A DNA stretch of 50,207 bases from Candidatus Woesearchaeota archaeon (lineage in GTDB: Archaea; Nanobdellota; Nanobdellia; SCGC-AAA011-G17; GW2011-AR20), in the NCBI GenBank assembly GCA_016181245.1, contig JACOZR010000017.1:1-50207 (forward strand), read 5' to 3'. A program made the translations under genes and the position numbers. Shown here piece after piece: positions 43,712 to 50,207 of this stretch. The notes under the pieces are model-generated. The model did not search any database and was not told the origin of the DNA. It worked only from the letters and a program-made list of their open reading frames with translations. How positions within the stretch are numbered: the first letter of the stretch is position 1; each line of letters opens with the position of its first letter.

Positions 43712-45484
43712 ATGTTTCCTACTTCATTGAGAACACATACTTGCGGTGACATTTCTTCTAAAGAGCTTAATAAGAAAGTAACTCTCTGTGGATGGACAAA
43801 TGTGCGAAGAGACCACGGAGGAATAATATTTATTGATTTAAGGGATAGATATGGTTTAACGCAAGTTGTTTTTGACCCTGAATTTAACAAAGGGACCCAT
43901 AAGAGTGCAGAGTTGTTGAGAAGAGAAGATTGTATTCAGGTAATTGGGATTGTTAAAAAGAGAAAGAAAGGTATGGAAAATAAGAAACTCAAAACTGGGG
44001 AAGTTGAGGTTTTTGTTGAAAAATTACATGTTTTTAGTAAAGCAGAGGTTCCTCCAATTGAAATAGATTCAGATACAGCTGCTTCTGAAGATATTAGACT
44101 AAAATATAGATATTTAGATTTGAGAAGAAGTGTAATGCAAAAAAATTTATTATTTAGACAACAAGTAGCTAATGCTGCTAGAGAATACTTTAATGATCAA
44201 GGTTTTGCTGAAATTGAAACTCCCTTATTGGTAAAACCTACACCTGAGGGAGCTAGAGATTATATTGTTCCTTCAAGAGTAAACCCCGGGCAATTTTATG
44301 CTTTACCACAGTCCCCGCAATTGTATAAACAAATTTTAATGATTGCAGGTTATGACAGATATTTCCAATTTGCAAGGTGCTTAAGAGATGAAGATTTGAG
44401 AGCTGATAGGCAGCCAGAGCACACTCAAATGGATTTGGAAATGTCTTTTGTAAATCAAAGAGATATTTTAGAATGTGTTGAGGGATTATATGATCATATT
44501 GTTAAAAAAACTTTAAATAAAAAAGTTGAGAAGTTTCCAGTATTAACTTATGTAGAATCGAAAGAAAAATACGGAAATGACAAACCAGATTTAAGATTTG
44601 ACTTAAGATTATATGATATCACAGAGATAGTCAAAAAGAGTGACTTTTCTGTTTTCAAAGAAGTTGTAAAAAATAAAGGCATAATAAAATGCATTAATCC
44701 TGAAAAAGACTTTACAAGAAGTGAACTTGAAGAATACACAAAACTTTGCATTTCTTTAGGTGCTAAAGGATTAGCTTACTTAAAATATGAAAATGGAAAA
44801 TTAGAATCAAACCTTTCTAAGTTCTTTTCTGATGAAGTAAAAAAAGAACTGATTAAAGCAACAAAAATAAAAAAAGGATATTTGTTTTTTATAGCTGATA
44901 AAGAAAAAATTGTTAACTCGGTTTTAAGTGAATTAAGGTTAAGGTTAGGAAAAGATTTGAATTTAATTACAGATGAGTTGAAATTCTGCTGGATTGTTGA
45001 TTTTCCTTTATTTGCATATAATGAAGATGAACAAAAGTGGGAACCAGAGCATCATATGTTTACTATGCCAAAAGAAGAACATTTGAAGTTTTTAGAATCT
45101 GATCCTGGCAAGGTCTTAGGGGACTTATACGATTTAGTATTAAATGGGACTGAAATTGGTTCCGGATCTATAAGAATAACAAGACCAGAAATTCAAGAAA
45201 GAATTATGAAGTTTATAGGTATAAGCAAAGAAGAAGCCCATAAGAAATTTGGATTTTTATTACACGCTTATGATTATGCTGGGCCACAACATGGAGGAAT
45301 GGGATTAGGATTTGACAGGATTGTTGCTCTTTTGTTGGGAGGAAATGATATAAGAGAAGTAATTGCTTTTCCTAAGAATAAAAATGCTCAATGTCCTATG
45401 GATGGAAGCCCTGCAGAAGTAGATGATAAACAGCTAAAGGAAGCTAACATAAGACTAGACATAACAAGGAAAAAGAATAAATAG
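43712..45484 (+). CDS. aspS: Aspartyl-tRNA synthetase, bacterial type with a GAD insertion (590 aa)
   Basis: Contains FIDLRDRYGLTQVVF, FYALPQSPQLYKQ, FARCLRDEDLRADRQPEHTQ and GGMGLGFDRIV. ATG at 43712; the track's 43556 start overlaps the divergent gene. Confidence 0.9.
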   Translation: MFPTSLRTHTCGDISSKELNKKVTLCGWTNVRRDHGGIIFIDLRDRYGLTQVVFDPEFNKGTHKSAELLRREDCIQVIGIVKKRKKGMENKKLKTGEVEVFVEKLHVFSKAEVPPIEIDSDTAASEDIRLKYRYLDLRRSVMQKNLLFRQQVANAAREYFNDQGFAEIETPLLVKPTPEGARDYIVPSRVNPGQFYALPQSPQLYKQILMIAGYDRYFQFARCLRDEDLRADRQPEHTQMDLEMSFVNQRDILECVEGLYDHIVKKTLNKKVEKFPVLTYVESKEKYGNDKPDLRFDLRLYDITEIVKKSDFSVFKEVVKNKGIIKCINPEKDFTRSELEEYTKLCISLGAKGLAYLKYENGKLESNLSKFFSDEVKKELIKATKIKKGYLFFIADKEKIVNSVLSELRLRLGKDLNLITDELKFCWIVDFPLFAYNEDEQKWEPEHHMFTMPKEEHLKFLESDPGKVLGDLYDLVLNGTEIGSGSIRITRPEIQERIMKFIGISKEEAHKKFGFLLHAYDYAGPQHGGMGLGFDRIVALLLGGNDIREVIAFPKNKNAQCPMDGSPAEVDDKQLKEANIRLDITRKKNK

Positions 45485-45510
45485 TCCTTCATAAACACTT
45501 TTTTCTCAGT

Positions 45511-46158
45511 ATGGTAAATATAATAAAAAAAATTGCTGCTTATGTCATTTACTATATCTTATGGATTGTAAATACACTCATTATTTCTTTTTTCTATAGG
45601 CCTAGCATTAAAGGTATGGAGAATTTTCCTAGAAAAGGACCTCTTTTAATAGCTTGCAACCATGAAGATAACTCTGACATAATGTTCTTATCTTTCTTGA
45701 CCTATAGAAGATTATATTTTTTAGCACATTCTGGCTTGTTTAGGAAACCTGCTAGATCTAGATTTTTTATGAAGCTATTTGACCAGATTCAAACTGCAAA
45801 AGGGCAAAGCACAAATGTTGTTAACAAATCTGTTAGTTTCTTAAAAGAAGACAAGATAGTTGCTATATTTCCTGAAGGAACCATTGATGGCGGAAAGACT
45901 ATCCTTAAAGGGCATACTGGTGTTGCCAGAATTGCCATATTATCGGGTGTTAAGGTTTTACCTATTGCAGTTGTTAATTCTTATGGAATAATGCCTAGGG
46001 GAAGGAGAATGCTTGTTAAAATTGAGAAAGTTAACATAAACATAGGCAAACCTATGACTTTTAATGAACATATTGGAAAACATGAAAATAGAAAGATTAC
46101 AAGAAAGGCCACCAATAAGATAATGAATGAGATAAAAAGATTATATAAGGAAGCCTAA
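45511..46158 (+). CDS. 1-acylglycerol-3-phosphate O-acyltransferase-like (PlsC family)
   Basis: Contains NHEDNSD (HX4D), FPEGT and an N-terminal TM helix. Confidence 0.75.
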   Translation: MVNIIKKIAAYVIYYILWIVNTLIISFFYRPSIKGMENFPRKGPLLIACNHEDNSDIMFLSFLTYRRLYFLAHSGLFRKPARSRFFMKLFDQIQTAKGQSTNVVNKSVSFLKEDKIVAIFPEGTIDGGKTILKGHTGVARIAILSGVKVLPIAVVNSYGIMPRGRRMLVKIEKVNINIGKPMTFNEHIGKHENRKITRKATNKIMNEIKRLYKEA

Positions 46159-46190
46159 ACATTTAAAAATTCTATTTCTTTTGTTGATTT

Positions 46191-46469
46191 ATGAAAATTG
46201 ACAAGAAAATTCTTAGTGCTGTTGCTAATAATGCCAGAATCAAGCTAAACAAGAAAGAAGAGGAAGAGCTTTTGCCTCAATTAAATGAAATTCTAAAGAT
46301 ATTTTCCCAGCTTCAAGGGGTCAACACAAAGGACGTTGAGCCTTCTTTTCAGCCTTTACAAGTTAAGAATGTTTTTAGAGAAGACAAAGTTGAAAGCTGC
46401 AAAGAAGATGTTCTAGCAAATGTAAAAAATAAAGAGGATAGATATTTTAAAGGACCTAAAGCACTATGA
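46191..46469 (+). CDS. gatC: Asp/Glu-tRNA amidotransferase subunit C
   Basis: Its size, position and the pattern LNKKEEEELLPQLNEILKIFSQLQGVNTKDVEP. Confidence 0.75.
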   Translation: MKIDKKILSAVANNARIKLNKKEEEELLPQLNEILKIFSQLQGVNTKDVEPSFQPLQVKNVFREDKVESCKEDVLANVKNKEDRYFKGPKAL

Positions 46470-47833
46470 GAGCTAAAGAATACATAACTGGAGTAAAATC
46501 TGGAAAAATTTCTGCTGTAAACACAGTTAAGTCTATATTAAGTGAAATAAAAAAGATTAACAATGATTATAACTATTTTAATAATGTAACTGAAAATCTA
46601 GCTTTAGAATTAGCAGAAAAAATTGATAAAAACCCTAAGGGAAAATTAGCTGGACTGCCTATTTCTTTAAAAGATGATATTTGTGTAAAAGGAGTTGAAA
46701 CAACCTGTAGTTCTAATATTTTAAGGGGATATAAACCAATATTCAATGCAACTGTTGTAAATAAATTGATTTCAGAAGGGGCTGTTATAATAGGAAAAAC
46801 AAACCAAGATGCTTTTGGCTTTGGCTCTTTTAATGTCAATACAGATTATAAAGTTCCCAGGAATCCTAGAGATAAAACAAGAGTTACTGGGGGGAGTTCT
46901 GGGGGAGCGGCTGGATTTACTGCTTTAACTGAATTTCCTCATGTTGCAATAGGAGAATCTACTGGAGGAAGCATTGCTGCTCCTTGTTCTTTTTGTGGTA
47001 TTCAGGGATTAACTCCAACATATGGTGTTGTTTCAAGATACGGGTTGATTGATTATGCTAATTCTTTGGATAAGATTGGAGTGATTGGAAAGTATTTAGA
47101 TGATGTTGAGCTGGTTTTTGATGTGATTAAAGGAAAAGACAATAAAGATTCTACTTCATTATATGATGAATTATCTAGTAATAATGAAGTCAAGACAATA
47201 GGATTGATCAAGGAAACTTTGGACATTGATCCAAAAATAAAGGATTTAATTTTAAAAAAATTAGATGAATTAAATATTGAATATGAAAAAATATCTTTGC
47301 CTTTAGCTTCTAAGTATTCTTTAGCTTCCTATTATGTTATTGCTATGGCTGAGGCATCAACGAATTTAAACAAGTATTGTGGAATGAGATATGGACAAGA
47401 GGAAAAATTAAATTTATCTTATAATGAATATTTTTCAAATGTAAGAACTACTTATTTTAACAAAGAAGCGAAAAGAAGAATAATCTTAGGAACTTTTACA
47501 AGAATGGCAGGATACAGGGATGCTTTTTATTTGAAAGCTATGAAGATGAGGACTTTAATCATAAATGAATACAAAAAGGCTTTCAGGAGATATGACTTAA
47601 TAGTTTCGCCTACAATGCCAATAATTGCGCCAAAGTTTTCTGAAGTTGGAAAATTAAGTCCTGCAGAAAGCTATATGATGGATGTTATGACTGTTGGTCC
47701 AAACTTGGCAGGATTGCCTCATTTGTCTTTAAATGCAGGAGATTTTAATAAAATGCCTGTAGGAATAATGTTTATTGGAAATCATTTAGATGAAAAAAAG
47801 TTATTGGGTATGGGAAAGAAATATGGCATATAA
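46466..47833 (+). CDS. gatA: Asp/Glu-tRNA amidotransferase subunit A
   Basis: Amidase signature GGSSGGAAG...GESTGGSI. ATGA overlap with gatC. Confidence 0.9.
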   Translation: MRAKEYITGVKSGKISAVNTVKSILSEIKKINNDYNYFNNVTENLALELAEKIDKNPKGKLAGLPISLKDDICVKGVETTCSSNILRGYKPIFNATVVNKLISEGAVIIGKTNQDAFGFGSFNVNTDYKVPRNPRDKTRVTGGSSGGAAGFTALTEFPHVAIGESTGGSIAAPCSFCGIQGLTPTYGVVSRYGLIDYANSLDKIGVIGKYLDDVELVFDVIKGKDNKDSTSLYDELSSNNEVKTIGLIKETLDIDPKIKDLILKKLDELNIEYEKISLPLASKYSLASYYVIAMAEASTNLNKYCGMRYGQEEKLNLSYNEYFSNVRTTYFNKEAKRRIILGTFTRMAGYRDAFYLKAMKMRTLIINEYKKAFRRYDLIVSPTMPIIAPKFSEVGKLSPAESYMMDVMTVGPNLAGLPHLSLNAGDFNKMPVGIMFIGNHLDEKKLLGMGKKYGI

Positions 47834-48104
47834 AGTTATTAAATTCAGGAATTTTGAAAAACTTAAGAACAAACTAGTTAATAGTTTTAAAACTAACAAT
47901 GTTGAGATAGTTTCTTTTCCAGAAGTTAAAGAAAAAGATATACCTGTGTTTTTGCAGATAATATTGAAAAAAGAATCTAGTGAGTATGAATTTCAGGCTA
48001 ATGTTTTTCCTAATACATTAGAGATTAACTTAATTCCATTGCATTGTACAGATAACACTGAAGATTTGTTACAACAATTATTGAGGGCGATGCCTCATGA
48101 CTAA
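47823..48104 (+). CDS. Small ORF (93 aa) wedged between gatA and gatB, overlapping both
   Basis: ATG at 47823 overlaps the end of gatA. Its stop overlaps the gatB ATG at 48097. Confidence 0.4.
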   Translation: MAYKVIKFRNFEKLKNKLVNSFKTNNVEIVSFPEVKEKDIPVFLQIILKKESSEYEFQANVFPNTLEINLIPLHCTDNTEDLLQQLLRAMPHD

Positions 48105-50207
48105 GATAGGAATTGAATGCCATTTGCAGCTGAATACTAAGTCTAAAATATTTTGTTCTTGTTCTACTAAGCAGTCTGGTAAGCCTAATTCAAATGTTTG
48201 TGAGATTTGTTGCGGGTTTCCTGGAGCTAAGCCTGTTTTGAATAAGGAAGCTTTTGAAAAGGCTTTGAAAATTGCTTTAGCTTTAAATTGCAAGATTAAT
48301 AAAAAAACATTTTTCTCAAGAAAAAGCTATTTTTATCCAGACTTACCAAAAAACTTTCAGATAACTCAGTATGAAGCTCCTTTAGGGTATCATGGAAATT
48401 TTAAAGGAATAAACATTAGGAGAATTCATTTAGAAGAAGATCCTGGAGCATTAATACATAAGAGTTCTTATTGTTTGGTTGATTATAACAGATCGGGAAT
48501 TCCATTAGTTGAAATTGTAACTGAACCAGATTTTAAAGATCCAAAAGAAGTTAGAGAATTTCTAAAAAAATTGGTTATTGATTTAAGTTATTTAGATGTT
48601 TATGATAAAAAGTCAGAATTTGCTTTGAAAGCTGATTTAAATGTTTCAACTACTGGGGCTAAAGTTGAGATTAAGAATGTTACAGGATTGAAAGATATTG
48701 AAGATGCTTTAAGCTATGAAATAGAAAGACAAGAAAAGGATGTTCCCAATAGCAATGAAACAAGAGGGTGGAATTCAGACAAAGGAATTACATTTTTGCA
48801 AAGAGTAAAGGAATCGGAAGATGATTATGGATACATAACCGAAACTGATTTGCCTATAATTGAAGTTTCTGATTCATGGATAAATGAAGTTAAGAAAACA
48901 ATACCTGAGCTTTCTGAAGAAAAGGCTTCTAGGTTTACTTCAGACTATCAATTAAAGGAAAGTGATTCTAAGATTTTATCTTCTAATAAGAAACTAGCGC
49001 ATCTTTTTGAAGAAGTATCTAAAAAAGTAGATTCTGAAATTGCTGCCAAGTGGATTATTAGAGATTTAACAAATCAACTTAACTACCATAAGAAAACTTT
49101 GGAAGGGGCTAATGTTAAATCAGAAGACATGATTGAATTATTAAAATTATTCGAAGAGAAAAAAATTACCGATAATACTGCAAAAGAGGTCATAATTAAA
49201 ATTATTACTGAAAAGAATTTTTCTCCTTTGAAATACATTGAAGAGAATAATCTAATTATGAAATCTGATACTTCACAGATTGAAGTGTGGTGCAAACAAG
49301 CAATTAAGGAAAGTTACGAGGCTGTTGAGGCTTATAAAAATGGAAATGAGAAATCTTTGAACTTTTTAGTTGGCAAGGTTATGCAGATTTCCAAGAAAAC
49401 TGCTAATCCAGATGTTGTTAGAAAGATTTTGGACTTTTGGATAAACGAAGCACAGCAGGCAAATGATGGGAGATTGCCACATGATTTGCAAACTAATAGT
49501 TATAACTCAATGGATGGAACGATGTGGTTGCTCAAAAAGCTTTTCCAATATTATGAGATGACCGGCGATCTTGCATTTCTTGAGATGAAAGAAAAAGTTA
49601 TTCTGAAATATTTTAGAGGGATGATTGCAAATTATATTAACAAAGATGGATTTGTGAAATGCGGACCTTTAGATACATGGATGATTATTCCAAGAGAGGG
49701 ATTTCCAGTTGAAGTTCAAGCTTTGAATATTTGGAATTGCTGGAAATATTCTCAGCTTTATCCAGAGTTAAATGAAATAACACAAAAGGCTGTGATAAAT
49801 TTTGAATTATTTTCGGCAGATGAATATTTGGCAGATAGAATTGATTTCAGCGGAAATGTGGTTGATAAAATTACACCAAATCAGTTGTTTGCTTTGGAAA
49901 TTTTAAGTGGGGAACCAAAGAAGCAATTGCTAAACACAGTTCGAAAGAAACTTGCTGATAAAGGAATAAGGACTCTTGCTTCCACTGATAAAGAATACAA
50001 AAAAGATGATATTTATTCTGGCGCACAGTGGCCATGGCTTAATTCTTTTGCTATTTCTGGAGAGCTGGAAATGGAAAATGTTGAAACTGCATACAAAGCA
50101 TATCTTGAACCACTGGTTTCACATGCAACAGAGGAATCTGGCTATGGCGGAATTGATCAATATTTCAATGGAGATGGTTCTGCTGCAGATTGTTCCCATT
50201 ATCATAG
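48097..50207 (+). CDS. gatB: GatB (about 447 aa) continuing in frame into a truncated amylo-alpha-1,6-glucosidase (GDE_C-like) domain. 3'-partial at the window edge and absent from the ORF track.
   Basis: I read all 703 codons without a stop. GatB motifs: IECHLQLNTKSKIFCSC, GFPGAKPVLN, EDDYGYITETDLP and LVGKVMQISKKTANP. They are followed by NSMDGTMWLL, EVQALNIW, PNQLFALE, GIRTLAS and YSGAQWPWLNSF. Confidence 0.8.
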   Translation, partial: MTKIGIECHLQLNTKSKIFCSCSTKQSGKPNSNVCEICCGFPGAKPVLNKEAFEKALKIALALNCKINKKTFFSRKSYFYPDLPKNFQITQYEAPLGYHGNFKGINIRRIHLEEDPGALIHKSSYCLVDYNRSGIPLVEIVTEPDFKDPKEVREFLKKLVIDLSYLDVYDKKSEFALKADLNVSTTGAKVEIKNVTGLKDIEDALSYEIERQEKDVPNSNETRGWNSDKGITFLQRVKESEDDYGYITETDLPIIEVSDSWINEVKKTIPELSEEKASRFTSDYQLKESDSKILSSNKKLAHLFEEVSKKVDSEIAAKWIIRDLTNQLNYHKKTLEGANVKSEDMIELLKLFEEKKITDNTAKEVIIKIITEKNFSPLKYIEENNLIMKSDTSQIEVWCKQAIKESYEAVEAYKNGNEKSLNFLVGKVMQISKKTANPDVVRKILDFWINEAQQANDGRLPHDLQTNSYNSMDGTMWLLKKLFQYYEMTGDLAFLEMKEKVILKYFRGMIANYINKDGFVKCGPLDTWMIIPREGFPVEVQALNIWNCWKYSQLYPELNEITQKAVINFELFSADEYLADRIDFSGNVVDKITPNQLFALEILSGEPKKQLLNTVRKKLADKGIRTLASTDKEYKKDDIYSGAQWPWLNSFAISGELEMENVETAYKAYLEPLVSHATEESGYGGIDQYFNGDGSAADCSHYH

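Noticed and set aside
1-50207. Search for cas genes, a reverse transcriptase/DGR, Argonaute-size or other large defence genes, and rRNA
   Set aside because: No ORF showed Cas-type motifs, a YxDD reverse-transcriptase box or PIWI-size architecture. I saw no template/variable repeat pair. The only GC-rich RNA-like island is the tRNA-Ser locus.

Overview
An AT-rich, densely coded fragment that looks archaeal. Evidence: GatE, two TrmB-family regulators and a tandem Lrp/AsnC regulator, RtcA, a LAGLIDADG protein, TATA-like boxes before short or absent leaders, and a tRNA with bulge-helix-bulge (BHB) introns. The small-protein, peptidase-rich content suggests a DPANN-like lineage, but that is inference. 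The window has three parts. (1) About 578-14052 is a ~13.5 kb integrated element. It is bounded by a perfect 14-bp direct repeat and sits in the 3' end of a tRNA-Ser(GCU) that I fold with three BHB introns. It carries two tyrosine recombinases, a P-loop replication protein inside an operon of tiny overlapping RHH and zinc-ribbon ORFs, a RelE-like/DUF2283-like pair, and two wHTH + HEPN-like modules, one extended by two small membrane proteins. (2) 14.2-43 kb is mostly host genes: an rtcA operon, gatE, an ABC1 kinase, TldD/PmbA, M29 and M24 peptidases, regulators and tgt. It also holds two cas-less mini-CRISPR units (two repeats and one spacer each, same 30-bp repeat) that bracket a 4.3 kb block, an uncharacterised MazG-containing 4-gene operon, and several paralogous unknown pairs. 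(3) 43.7-50.2 kb is a bacterial-type aspS-plsC-gatC-gatA-(small ORF)-gatB cluster. Its gatB frame reads without a stop into a truncated glycogen-debranching-like domain and runs off the window. No rRNA, cas gene or reverse transcriptase was recognised. All family calls come from motifs read by eye, not from searches.
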